Source of the DNA: Mytilus californianus | Lineage: Eukaryota | Direction: 5' to 3' | DNA: 64,000 nt | NCBI RefSeq assembly: GCF_021869535.1 | Contig: NW_026262702.1 | Location: 1,054,001 to 1,118,000 of the forward strand | Shown here: piece by piece, positions 1 to 13,201 of the stretch | Layout of the letters: every line of letters begins with the position of its first letter | How positions within the stretch are numbered: position 1 is the stretch's first letter | The notes under the pieces: model-generated | What the model was told of the DNA's origin: nothing | The model's input: the letters and a program-made list of their open reading frames with translations, nothing else | Databases searched by the model: none | Made by a program: the position numbers and the translations under genes

Positions 1-1
1 T

Positions 2-127
<126 letters not shown>

Positions 128-163
128 TAAATAGCATTACTACTTTCATTTACTACTACATGT

Positions 164-290
164 CATAGGCGGATCCAGGGGGGCCTGGGGGCACGCCCCC
201 CCTTTCGTGGGAATCACTGAAGCATGACTGGAGCGGCCCCCCTTAGGTCAGTCAGCGCCCCCCTTATGAAAAGTTCTGGATCCGCCACTG
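164..290. mobile_element. 127-bp MITE in the Mnx homeobox intron
   Basis: Imperfect TIRs CATAGGCGGATCCAG ... CTGGATCCGCCACTG; 5-bp direct repeat CATGT at 159-163 and 291-295; GC-rich interior in AT-rich flanks. Confidence 0.8.
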
Positions 291-1071
291 CATGTACATC
301 CTCTGCTGGTGAAAGTCGGGGTCCATAGTGTACTAGTTATTTGCCGGTACGTACGTTCGTCCCAATCATCCAATTAGATGCTCTCGTTAACAATATAGAT
401 TTTGGTTTGGGTCAAATGCGGATTCTTCGTTAATGTCATTGTGCACCTCCAATTTTATTAGTTTTATTAAAATTTTCTCAAAGCAAAACAATTAGGTTGT
501 CGTTGACTTTATATATAAGAGGGAAGGCTTTTTCATATGAAATTTCTTTATGTATAATTGGATTGTAGAACAGTCACAGGCATCATGCACCTCCTGTTTT
601 ATTTTTTGGATTACATGAATATAATTCCTGGCGGTTTTCCTTTAGAAAATATTGATTTTTCTCAGTTTTTTACACAACGGAGAAAGAACCAAAAAACCCA
701 AAACTCCTTCTTAATCAAACATTAAACTTTCAGAGAATCATAACTAACTCTTGCTGGTGAAAGCCTATTTTTTTCTTAACTTTAACTTTTTAAAATTAAT
801 GCGTTTTCTATGGCTAAAACTTATTTGGAGAGTGGTTATTAAATTGTAAGGTATAAAATCAGTATTATAGAAACCGATTAAATAAAAGAATACGGGACAA
901 ATTCCTCAGAAGATTTTTTTGTCAAAATTCTGGTGAACGGTTTTGACGGGTCATCAAGTTTTTCTTTTTGGGGTCTGAATGATTTTGCTACACGTTGCTT
1001 GTTTAAATATTGCTATAGTATTTCTGTGAATGAAAAATACATGTATAATCTTTTAAATGTTTTTCATATAG

Positions 1072-1407
1072 GTAAAAATCTGGTTCCAAAACAGACGAAT
1101 GAAGTGGAAAAGAAGCAAGAAGTCAACAAATGAAGTCACGCGTAGACCGGAAGACGGTAAAAGGACTGATAAAAACGAAAGCGAAATTTCAAATGAACAT
1201 ATTTCAGAAAATATGGACTTATTTCAAATGGACGATGAGTCTGATATAGACATAGATGATGTTGATAGTGATTCAAATGATGAACACCTAATGACAATGG
1301 ACAACATTTCAAAAACACATTCAGATCTCTTGCGCATGACTGCATCAGATTTTCCGATCAACCAATACAATAGTTTGTTACAGACTGGACCAGTGTCAAC
1401 CTCGTGA
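1072..1407 (+). CDS. MNX1: Mnx/HB9 last coding exon (helix 3 and acidic C-terminus)
   Basis: Acceptor ttttcatatag|GTA gives VKIWFQNRRMKWKRSKK, continuing into ORF 1099..1407 with the acidic patch DDESDIDIDDVDSD and a TGA stop. The phase matches the previous exon. Confidence 0.95.
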   Translation, partial: VKIWFQNRRMKWKRSKKSTNEVTRRPEDGKRTDKNESEISNEHISENMDLFQMDDESDIDIDDVDSDSNDEHLMTMDNISKTHSDLLRMTASDFPINQYNSLLQTGPVSTS

Positions 1408-1689
1408 CATCATAACATTATACTTTACAAGATGTCCAATCTTTCCCACTACGGGCATAGATCACTTCTAATGTCAGAATGAACAAGTTTTTTGTCAGTA
1501 TGTAGCAAGATATCGGAAAACGTTACAAGTTGTTGAAAATTCTTGTCTCTGAATTAGATATAGTCTCAAAGATTTTGGCAACAAGATACATATACGTGAA
1601 CTGTAAATGTCAGTGATCATTGTAGACCTATAAAATTGCGTCCACAAAACCATTGCCATATTCATAGTGCTGTTGTTATGTAAATGTGA

Positions 1690-1695
1690 AATAAA
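1690..1695 (+). terminator. Candidate polyadenylation signal of Mnx
   Basis: AATAAA about 280 nt after the stop codon (a second one at 1829-1834). Motif only, in AT-rich DNA. Confidence 0.3.
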
Positions 1696-2455
1696 ATAAT
1701 TTATGAAAAATACATTCTTGTTAATTACAGAATTTCATCAAGTGAAACGTACCAAATTTGACGAGTTTGTGGCGTTGTTTCTGAAAAAGTTCGGAGACAA
1801 TTCTAATTGGTAGAGATCGATGTAAATGAATAAAACAACATTAATTAAACGAAACTAAACAAATATTTTGAGCACAAAACACCACTTCATATGCAGTAGA
1901 AATTTCAAATAAAATGAACATTGGGGAAAGCACTAAAGAGACAGAAACAAAATGAATTAAAAAACAAGAAGATAATGTGAGTCGAAAGATATACGGACAA
2001 CGCCAAGCATCACCATGACAAAATGAAAAAAAAACAAAACAAAAGGGATGTGCTCCAACAACAGTACATGAAAGACTAAACAGAAAACTAACGAACCCAT
2101 CTGAACATGAGGTAATTTACTCATGTGCTCTGAAAGAGTAATCAGCTGTTGTCCCGCTAGTTGCATCTATATATCGCATTGCCCGTAACAGGCACATATC
2201 TGTTGTAAAGTAGCTTTTGGTAACGTTATTACGATAGAAGACTGAGGATATTGTACATTAATAGTATACAATTTGAAATCAAATAGAAACATAATCGGCA
2301 ATATTTATTTTACTTCAAATATGATGAATATTTGTTAGTTTCTACAATCAATGTGAATGGAGGACTCTGTTCATATATTCAGTAATATTATTTGAGGGAT
2401 ACAGTTTCACATTGTAGTGTTTTTATTGTGATATAGAAACATAAGAAACAAAGAA

Positions 2456-2823
2456 CATGTTGCATAATGGTCAATGAGACAACTCTCCACCTCAGACCAT
2501 ACGGCTTTCAGCAATGAGCAAAACCCATACCGCATAGCAAGCTATAAAAGTTCCCAAAATGACAGATGTAAAACAAGGCAATACGAGAAAACTAACGGCC
2601 TGATTTTTGTACAAGACAATAAAAAAAAAAACAACAAAAAAACAAACAAATATGATATACATCAACAAACAACAACCACTGAATTATAAGATTTTGACTT
2701 GGGACAGGCACATGCAGAATAAGGCCGATTTGAACATGTTTAAGGGCGCCCAACACTCCCCCTAACCTGTGACAGGGGTTTAACAGCACAACACAAAAAA
2801 AAACCTATAAAAATCAGTTGAAA
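2456..2823. repeat. Dispersed repeat family 'GATGTGGTATGATTGCCAATGAGACAAC...' (probable retroelement end)
   Basis: Related copies at about 3770-4075 and 7850-8290 (opposite strand), 23195-23530, 50467-50810, 52910-53115 and 58353-58390. Boundaries approximate. Confidence 0.7.
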
Positions 2824-5800
2824 TGGGCTTTATACTTGGTTTCATTGCAACGTTCTTGTAAATGCGCATTAGGAGAAAAAAGTACCTAGTAGTATTGGAG
2901 TAGTTCACTTGGAAACTTGATTGGAATTATAGATACTTATTAGTTGTTTTGCAAGGTTTTTATACATGTATATAAAATGGCTTTCAATATATATTTCGGT
3001 CTAAATACAAACATAAAATGTGTTTCCATGCACATTAAAGAAAAAAAAGAAAAAAAAAAAAAAAACGTACAGAAATATATGGTTTTCATATTTTTCATAA
3101 AAATCAATTCAATAGGTGTTCTATTTTCCAATTTTTTTATTTCCACGATTATATGTTGTTATTACTATGAAAGCATTAACCTAACTTCTGACAAAGGAAC
3201 ATTTTTACGATAATAGTTACCTCCCTTGAAACTCTATTTACCACCCTTTAGACCTTAAACTTTATTAAATGTAAGAACTTTACTTTGTATGTTAATTCTT
3301 ATCAGCGATGACGTTGTAATGATCGCGTCCAATTTAGCATTTTGATGGTGTTTTTTTCTTCTGTCGTAAACTTTAAATTTATTATGTATTCACATTTGCA
3401 CCGTTCTAGATATACTAAAGTACACATTACTTAGTCCTTGTCACGTATATTCATTGGTCCTTTGAATAAACTTGTGTTTAAAGGTTGTCAATTTGATATT
3501 GAAGATTGACTTTGTTGTAAATCCATCTGAGGTGTACTGGTTGATATTTAAGTTGAAGAAGATGTGGTCTATTTGTTAACTTAAATTGGAATTTAAGCAA
3601 TCTTCGTAACTTTTTGAGTTCTCTTATTTATATATGTAAGAAACTTTGTGTCATTCTTCATTTTGCTAGTTTTTTCTTCTTCTTTTGTGTGTCATTACAA
3701 TGAATTACATATCTGATGAGTGTATCCCTTTTCTACTGATTTTTGCAGTTAGTTAACTTGTTGTATGATTACACTACTGTGCCAGAAAAGGGGAGTGTTT
3801 AGCGCACACGGGCATATTTTACTCTGCCACATTCTGTATGTGCCTGGTTTAAACCCGATGCTTTTAATCTAGCAGTTGTCGTTGGTTGCTGTTAACCATA
3901 ATCGTTTTTCGTCCATTGTTTTAGTATAGATACGGCTGTTGGTTTTATTGTAGCCTGCTATACGGTGTGGGTTTTACTCGTTGTTGAAGGCCATATGGTG
4001 ACCTCTATAGCTGTTCACAATTTTGTCATTCGGTCTTTGGTGGAAAGTTGTCTCATTGGCAATGATACCACATCGCCTAATTTTAAATTTACAAGAATTG
4101 GGATACATTCTCTATATAGTTTTTAAACAGTCGAAGACAAACATGTTTAACAGAAATATATACTAGAATATAAATTGAGAATATCAGAAACAATACGATG
4201 AATTAAGATCTAAATGATCAAGAGTGCAAAAGAGCAACAGCATACCAACCGACGGATCTTATAAACAAGTAAAACAAAGGTGCACCACAATATTGCACTA
4301 CTCATATTGATTAATTGTTGTTTGCTTAATGCCCAGTGGCAAATATTCCTCGCACAGTCAGGAAGACCATACAAAATAAGCGATGGCTTAAAACACGAAT
4401 ATGAAGATCAAACATGTATTTTGAAATTCTAAAAAAGCAAAAGTCGGTTTTCCAGCTTTGTTCAATATTTGTAGGCTTTCCGTAAGCATACCCGACTATT
4501 TGACAGAAGTTCGTGGAAAACAGAGCATTAAAGACCAAATTGAGACAGAAACTTCCGCTTTGGTATTTTAATTTCGAATTCTTAATTTCCAAAACCGGTT
4601 CATGTGAAACCTAAGGTTTATGTCTTTTCGGTATTTCATTTCAGCTTTCAAGTTTCTAAAAGTATTATATAAAGAAAACAGAGACTAATGGTACTGTAGC
4701 AAGGGAGGTCATTCAAATATATTCGATATCATTGCCTAAGACGATATCAATTTAGACAAACACATTCAGTCCTAATTCTTTTTCGTGATTTTAAAGTTTA
4801 AAAAATGAATTGTACATTCATGTTGTACATACTAAATAGTATATCTATGTTTCGCTTTTGTACAATAGCTCGATTTTGCTTGCATCCCTGTATGCTTAGA
4901 GTGTTAAAACATAATTAATCCGAAGTGTCTGTGCTATTCCATTTTATTGTAAATAATGAATTTGAACTACATTTTAAATTTTGGATTCTGAAAATCAAAT
5001 TAAAAATAAATATTTAAAAGATAAATGTGACATAAAATTGGAAGATTTTTACATCGTCAGAGAATCAGTGAATGAATGTTTACTTTTCATAAAATACCAC
5101 GGCCTAAGCAGTCTAATTTATCGCTCGTTAGTTAATCTAATGAAATGAAAATACAATTTGTCTAATCCTTGAACAAACAACATTATACCACAGTGGCTTC
5201 TGATTACCTTAACACAATCCTATCCGAATTAACCGTACCAAATTTGTCGTCATTCTAGACGATACCATATCTTAATCTTTATATAATATCAGATAATATG
5301 TTTTTGTAGCCAAAAGGTTAAGATTTTGATCCATCAACTGGCATATTCTAGACCGGAAATTACATAGTTGATACGAATATTTTCAAATATTATGAAAAAT
5401 ATGTAAAAAGTTTATACACCTGAAAAAAAATATATATGGTACCGCACATGTTATGAATTTCCAAAAGTGTTGTATTGTGCATGGAACAACAAACGCAACA
5501 TGTTTTTGATCTCAGTAATAAAACTGTTGAAAATAAACGTAAAAAGTCATACGATGAAGTCAGAGGGAAAGACAGACATCTTTTGATTTTTTTTCACTGT
5601 TAAAGTCAACATCTAAAGTCGAAGGACAGAAAATAGCTTTTATAATCAGACAGGTATGAATACTAGGGTTTTAGTCCTTTTCAATGTGTCTTCAAACTTT
5701 TGGTAAGGTTAGACATTTTATGATTCAAAAGATTTCCTCCGGAAATCAAAGTTTTGATTTGATATATATTGTTAAAGTAAGAATGTGGCGATAGATTGAT

Positions 5801-8295
5801 TGATTGTTGTTCGCTTAACGTCCCGTGTCTTTTATTTCATGCAAATTCAGGAAGAAAGTGTATATGTTGGTTTGAGTTGGGGAGAATAACTATTGGTCAA
5901 AAGCACATACTCGGGTCAAGCAATTTCAAATTGAGGTAATCAAAGAGTCAATACAAAATTATAAAGTAACAAAATGTCGACGCTGCGTTTTTTTTCTTCA
6001 TAAAAAGACAAAGGAGTAATAAACTAATTAAACATCAGAAAATATTTTGAAGAGTTTTTTCATGTAAAATTCTTGATGTATAAATATTTAAGTGAATAGA
6101 ATATAAGGACCTTGGATTTAAAGTTAATTTCGCCAACTTAAAAACAAATCGAAGATTACTCAAATTGTATTTGATTTTATGAGCATACTTAATTTTAATG
6201 CACTCTGTACATATTTTTAAACATCCAATGTCATAAGCGGCTCATTTATTTAATATAGTTATTGAGTTATGTCGCTTTGTATAAATTAGTGAAGTTGCTT
6301 GCTCTTTGACGCTGCTGGATAGCTGATAAACTTTGGGGTATCTTAAATATCATTTTTGTAAATGGTTGGCTCTTAGCAATATCATCAAATGAAATTAAAA
6401 AAAAAGGAGACTAAAAGACAAATTAACTGTGTAAAAATTAATTATAAAAAAAAAGCATTATTTAAATTGTTCTATCACCAAGTTACTGTTCAAAACGGGA
6501 TTGTATTCCAGGGAACGGACTGTTAACAAGCACAGCAGAAAATGGTTACATACATTGTATGTAATGAGGTCTTACAATTAGCAAATATTCGGGGAGGACT
6601 CTGTACTCTGACATTCAGTAAGAAATCTGAATCTTTTTTTTTATTAGAATACTATTGAATTAGTACTAACACTAAAATTAGTATATCAACAGTTAAAAAA
6701 ATTGAAAGCTTTGACCATGTCATTATGAGGCAAATCGACATATTTCAATATGAAGCAATGCAATCAATTAGACTTAGGGTTATAATGCTCTGGTCTTGAA
6801 TCCATAAGTAGTTGATACCTAAGTCAAGACAGTATATATGAACAAGGCTGCACATCTTATGTTACAAAGTATAAGGATTCTTGATAAATTATCTGACATG
6901 AGGCGGTGTCTGTTTACTTTCTCTGTATCACAATAAGTTTCAGTTCCCATCACAATTATATACGTATTCTGATTGCTATATTTCATCTTAATACTCTTCT
7001 ACTGGTAACATTTGGAATTTAATTAAATTCAATATCAAAGGGCATTCATGCCGTTATCATAATTCTACAAGTAAAACAGTTATTTTGCAATATTTACTAC
7101 ATAATGACGCGAAAATCACAAACATTTGACTATTTTTCTTGTATCAATCACGCCTTTAACACATCAATACCAAAGTGGCCGCCGTGACACCTCACAATAA
7201 CGTAGAAACGTAGATAAGCTCATTTGACGGTTATCATAAAATTAAATCAAAATGACAAAATTATTGAAGTTAACATTTGGCGTGCTGACAACCAGTGTAC
7301 TCTGTTATCACTAACTGTTGAGTAATTACAGGCAGTTACCTCTATACAGGTGTTTAATAATGATAATACACGTAAAATTACCGGATATATCAGTCAATTC
7401 CTGATTACATTCAAAATAGGTTTTGTAGTATATATCTAAATATGTTCTATAATTGAGAACCACAATTAAATGCAGAAAATCCCCTCTCAGAAAGAAAAAA
7501 AATAAGCAGGGTTTACATTTACTTCTGAATTTAAAGAATTCTTTTTAAAAGTGAATAAAACCTATTTTGAAAATGAATGAAAGTTTCCAGGCTTACTTGT
7601 AATTACAGATACATGTTTTCCAAAAAAAAAGTTAAGAATCGAATTTAAATACGATCTGTAAAAACCCATTACCAAATTACATACAAAAGTCACTAATTTA
7701 ATATGGGAGAAAATTATTAAACACGGATAGTGCACATTAAAATATGCTAAATCCGTTAGATATGTATAATAATTATTAATTTTGTAAAAGAACCATGATA
7801 ATTTATCAGTTATAACACTATGAACTAGCTTTTAGTAACTGCGAGTATTCGGTGATCGGTATTTTTTGCGGTTTTTGTAAGCTGTTAGATGTGCCTCGTG
7901 TCGATATGATGAGTCGAGCCGTTTCCAACTGATATTTATCGTGTGTTCTTATGTTGTGATGTTACACCGCTGTCCCAGGTTAGGGCAGGCTTTGAGTTTT
8001 AATGTGCCTTTCCCAAAGTCAGGAGCCTTGTAATTCAGGGGTTGACATTGATTGATGTCTGTCATATTTGGGGTTTTTTTTTTCGTTTAATGTTTTATCA
8101 TAAGTCAGGTTGTTGGTTTTTATCTCGTTTGATTGTGTCACATTTTATGCTTTCAGTGCCTTTTATGACTTACTATGTCGTATGGAGTTTGCTCATTGTT
8201 GAAGGCCATACGGATGACATGTAGTAGCTTATATCCACATCGAGTGATCTCTGGTGAAAATTTGTTTTATTGGCAATCATATCATTGGTCTTCTT

Positions 8296-9225
8296 TCGAC
8301 CAGCAGTAAAACTCTTGTTTTGCGGGATGTGTTTTGCTCATGAAAGTGATTTGTAGATCTTGTCTTGCTGATCATTTTTGCTATTTAAAAGTTTTTATCT
8401 TTCTATTATAGTTTTCAAGATGCTAGGCAAAAATTGGGAAAAACGTCATTTAAGGGCAATAACTTCAATAAGGAATCAACTTTCGATTTCGGTTTAATAT
8501 GCTGAATTATTTGTACATCTTGTCTTGCTCATCATTCTTGCTATTAACATTGTCTTCATATCTATTATAGCTTTGAAGATAATTGGCAAAAGTGCAAAAC
8601 AATTGGAACAAATTCGTCCTTAAATGTCAATAACTTCAATAAAAAGGCAACTACGATTTCGTTCATGTAGACTTATTTGTAGATGTTGTCTTGCTTATCA
8701 TTTTTGCAATTTAAAGTTTCTATCTATTTATTATAGTTTTCAAGATAAAATGCAAAAATGCAAAAAAATGGGAAAATCGTCATTAAAGGGCAATAACTTT
8801 AATAAGTTGTCGCCTGACAATTTCAATTGTGCTGTTTTATTTGTAGATCTTGTCCTGCTGATCATTTGTGCTATTTAAAGTTTCAGTCTATCTGTTATAA
8901 TTTTCAAGATTATAGACAAAAATAGAAAAAAAATGGAAAAAAATTGTCGTTGAAGGCAATAACTCCCATTAGAAGTCGTCTGACAGTTTTGATGTCAATA
9001 TTCATTAGGTGGATCTTATTATTCTGAACATTTTAGCTGCCATTTTCTCTATCTTTAGCGGTTTTAAAGATAATGAACAAAAGTTGCATTTTACCCCTGT
9101 TCTATTTTTAGCCATGACGAGTTTGGTATTATTTGGTAAAGTAGTTTCAGAGGAGATGATCCTTGTAAAAGCTAATTGAGGACGGACGTCGTGTGATGGA
9201 GAAAAGCTCACAGGTGAGTTAAAAA
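8296..9225 (-). mobile_element. HINE/Helentron-like non-autonomous element with ~160-166-bp internal tandem repeats
   Basis: About 4 units (gtagatcttgtcttgctgatc at 8353, 8513, 8679, 8843). The right end GACGGACG...AAAAGCTCACAGGTGAGTTAAAAA is the reverse complement of the TTTTTA(G)CTCACCTG-type terminus with a (GACG) microsatellite. Left boundary approximate. Confidence 0.65.
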
Positions 9226-10337
9226 GACATCCATGACTTTTACTGTAATACAAATAACTAAAAGGGTTGATAACAGGTGTGTGCAAAAAAGCAATAGCAA
9301 ATACGATTCGGTTACTTTGCATTTAACTAATTTAGAAATGTTTAAACGGTATCGAAAGTGCGAATTTAGAAAAAATAAATAACAAAAATGATTATAAAAA
9401 CTGACTACATCAAATTTTTTGTTAAAACATTGTATTTTTAAATTAATATTGTGTTTCGTTTTCATTCTCTTATATATCTTTATTTTAGAAAAATATCATA
9501 CAAACTTCTTTGTTATAATGTTCTTTGTATGTGTCTTATTGTGGTGTATATTAGAGTTTGATTTTTTTAATATCTATTATAATTATACAATAAATAACAA
9601 TAATTCACCATCAGTGCTTTTTGCTTATATAAGAGTTATTTCATGTAACTACATTGCTCCATATTCTAATTCCTTCAACATCTATATTTTCACTCGAACA
9701 CGGTTTAGAGAATGGATCTTCCTATTTCTGAATTTTTGTAAGGGGGTTTTGTTTTTTTAAAGTAAATATTCTTAATATTTTAACTTATTTTCATTTATTT
9801 AATGCGATTTATTAATATATGATGCCCTTTATTCTTTGTTTCTTTGTTTTTTGGTGTTTTTTTGCTGTTTCATGTACTGATTTTGTTATGCATGAATACG
9901 CCATATCCTTTCTATTTCTATTAAACGACAATATTTCAATTGTTATTTATTAGGTTCGGTTAAAAATAGTTATAATAGTATTTATAGATCTCTAAATTTC
10001 ATTTAAATATATTTATATATTCATGATACATTAATTCAAAAAAGTAAGACACAATTTCTATTAGATGTCAAATATTAATTTATGAATACATTTTCTTTTT
10101 ACTTGACTGTCCGGGGTAAAAAAACAAACATAGCATGCACTATTTCCATAATAAAATAACATACAATAATCTTTTATTTAAATGTGGCATATGAATTAAG
10201 CAGCATTTACGAAGTTAATAATTACATACATACATGCATTTAAATAATATCCCAATTTTTTTTATGTCAATGACAAATTACACAAATGTAAAAGTATAAC
10301 CACTATTGTCTCAGGAATTACATCAGTTTTGCTATAC

Positions 10338-10506
10338 AGTGCCACTTAACATATTGCTTGACTGTTATTTTTAGTAAGCATTGCAAGTCTGATTATTTGC
10401 ATATTAGTATAAATATGTGTAGTGCCACTTAACATATTGCTTGACTGTTGTGTAATTTTAGTAAGCATTGCAAGTCTGATTATTTGCATATTAATATAAA
10501 TATGTG
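10338..10506. repeat. Two-copy ~83-bp tandem duplication at the start of the receptor 3' UTR
   Basis: AGTGCCACTTAACATATTGCTTGACTGTT...TAAATATGTG at 10338-10419 and 10421-10506, directly abutting the stop codon (10507-10509). Confidence 0.85.
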
Positions 10507-10804
10507 CTATAATTTTGTTACAACATTATTGTCATTAACTAACATATTCATGTCTGAACCATTTGTTGTTTGTACTTTTGGAATTGTGATAAATGTCGAA
10601 ACGTGGCCGTCTCGTGATTTTTCATACGAAATAGAAGCAGTGTCATTCTCTGCAACACCACTATCGGAATCTTTATTGTCCGGTTCTTGTTCAAACAATG
10701 AATATCGCATATTTACTTCTGACATCTCATCGCTAGTGGGCCGCATATAATATTCCTCTTTGTTTCTAAGTTCTACTTTATCCTCAGGCTTTCTGTCAGG
10801 TGGC
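10507..10804 (-). CDS. CTLD-WSC receptor exon 10: cytoplasmic tail
   Basis: Acceptor tattttag|G, phase 2 (AG+G=R). Reads PPDRKPEDKVELRNKEEYYMRP...NNVVTKL and ends at TAG. Confidence 0.85.
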
Positions 10805-12054
10805 CTAAAATAAATACAGGTCAATAACAGTAAACAAAGGAACTCGGCTAAATATTGATTTATAAATTGGTGATATTGGTGTAGCTCAATCTTTAGTCCT
10901 CTGTTATTTGTCGAGCTTTTGCCATATTCGTGTTTTTCTTTCTTTTTTTGACGTCATGTTGTATGAATACCTTCGACTTATGGCTTTTAATTACCCTTGG
11001 CATCTTTCTCCTATTTTACAGTATAATTATCCTACTTTAATTTTACCATGTATGCAGCAGCGTCTTGTCATATAAGTAAATGATAACAAATTCACTTGGC
11101 ACAATTCAGTTGTCTACAATAACCTTTGAGATGTATAGTTGAGTTATGGTAGCAACATACGCAAACTTAATACTGAAAGGACCAGAGTAAAATATGCTAC
11201 CTTTGAGCTCAACATTTCAACCCTAGTTCAATTAGAATATGACCCACACAATTACAGAGTACAGTTATAAATCACATTCGTACCAACATAAACAATGTAT
11301 ACTAGGGGATGGTATATATATTTCGGGACTTCCCGCCCTTCAGCAGCTTTACCACCAGATTGGTAGGAAGATAAACTATACTACCGGAATTAATTGCTCA
11401 CGGCAAGTTTCGAGAGGCTTTATCATTCGACTCGCCATAGGAAACAAAAGTAAGAGTGGGGTTCAACTATATAATATTCAGTTCTCATGGATGGCTGTTT
11501 TTGTCCGTGATTGTTTTCCTATATTCATTTAAGGTTCTTGATTGTCTCTGTTGTATCGGATTGATGCATGGTACTTAATTTAGTGACTTATAACTTGGCT
11601 ACCTAACATATGTTTGGTGACTTACGTATAGATTTTATCTAGTCAAAGAAGATAATTCGTTTGGTTTAAGAAAAGCATCTCCAATTAAGGAAAAATGCTA
11701 TCCCATTTGTATGATGTAAAGTACTGTTTGTCGTTTCTTTAAAATTCTCTACTCATAAATAAATTAACACTTTTTTATAAATTTGGTGCGTCTGGTTCAC
11801 TTTTCTGGATTAATATTCATCAGAAACGTTGAAACCATCAACAATGAATGCCAAGGATGTATAAATACCTGCATACGCTAGCAGCCATAAGACTAGAAAT
11901 GACATAAAAAGAATAGCCAAATTCTAATTGTTTTACCTTGAACCCACATCCCAGGTGACATTTAAGAAAACATATATATTTGATAAACTGCATTTGTTAG
12001 TGGAGACTACATACATACAAGATTAAGAATGTCTCTATTCTTTGTAACACAAAC

Positions 12055-12142
12055 CTTTGTCCACATGCCACGTGACAGATGATAGTACCAATGACCAGAA
12101 GGGTAGGTAGCACTACCGCAAACACTATACCTACAGTTGCAC
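12055..12142 (-). CDS. CTLD-WSC receptor exon 9: transmembrane helix
   Basis: ttcgttcag|GT GCA... gives GATVGIVFAVVLPTLLVIGTIICHVACGQ; donor AAG|GTTTGT, phase 1 to 2, compatible with both neighbours. Confidence 0.85.
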
Positions 12143-13201
12143 CTGAACGAAAAAAAAGAGGAAAAATAATAGACACATGTTTCGCATAGCACACGAAGAC
12201 ATTACAACACTACACTTCTGTAAACAAACATTAAATAGATGAAGGCACATGGGAGCAAACAAATAGTATAATATAATCATTGTAAGGTACACTATACAAT
12301 GAAACGTTCTAATATAATAATTGTTAAATGAGACAACTTTCCATTAAAACCCAATCTACAAATATCTTCATAAATGTACTGCTATTGAATTCCCGTACAC
12401 TAATTCGCCGATATTTTCCCGTATGCGGTGACCTCTCGTTAGAACTTATAACGTGCACTGGAAGGTAAATAGTAATAACTGAATCTTAAAGAACAAATTT
12501 AATACAACAAATCATTTAGCAAATATTAAGAAAAAGTTAAATTAAAAAATGGGAACGCATGTAAAATAAAAAAAAATATCATGGATCTATCAATTCACTT
12601 ACAACTCTGTGTTGATTTTTTATCAATGTCACGATCAAGTAAACTTGGGCAACAAACTCGAAAATTAATTAGCTTTCGAAGTTGCGATCAACAATCACTG
12701 AATGAAATATTATTTGTCGCTAATACGTTATAGATTCGTAATAAATATAAAAAAAAAAACGTGATTGATTGCTTGGTCGGGTTGTTGTCTCTTTGACACA
12801 TTCCCCATTTCCATTCAGTATTTTATACAGGACTTAGTTTAGTATCGATGCATGCAATGGCTCATTACTTTCGATAACATTAAAATTCCCATAAAATTGT
12901 TTTATATTATTTTAAATGTAATTTTTATTATATTTATATTTATACTTTGAAAATATAATACAAAATGTAAATCAACATTTTTATTTTCACGCTGCAGGTT
13001 GTACAAGGTTTACCTATTCAGTAATCATGATGTGGAAATGATATTTGAAAATAAATTTCTCTGAAGATGAACGTTACGTTAATGTTATTACTATCACTGA
13101 GTCGATACCTCTGCAGGTGGACTGATAGTCCCCGAGGGTATCACCAATCCAGTAGCCATTACTTCGGTACTGGCATGAAAATACGGTTTTTGTGTCATTA
13201 A

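Noticed and set aside
304-765. Direct repeat GCTGGTGAAAG at ~306 and ~753 as element ends
   Set aside because: Only 11 bp, with no TIR or TSD that I could confirm.
7140-7410. Non-repetitive stretch with TAAT/ATTA motifs as an Mnx enhancer
   Set aside because: These motifs are expected by chance in AT-rich DNA; cross-species alignment is needed.
10448-10750. Plus-strand 100-aa ORF
   Set aside because: It is the antisense shadow of the receptor's last exon.
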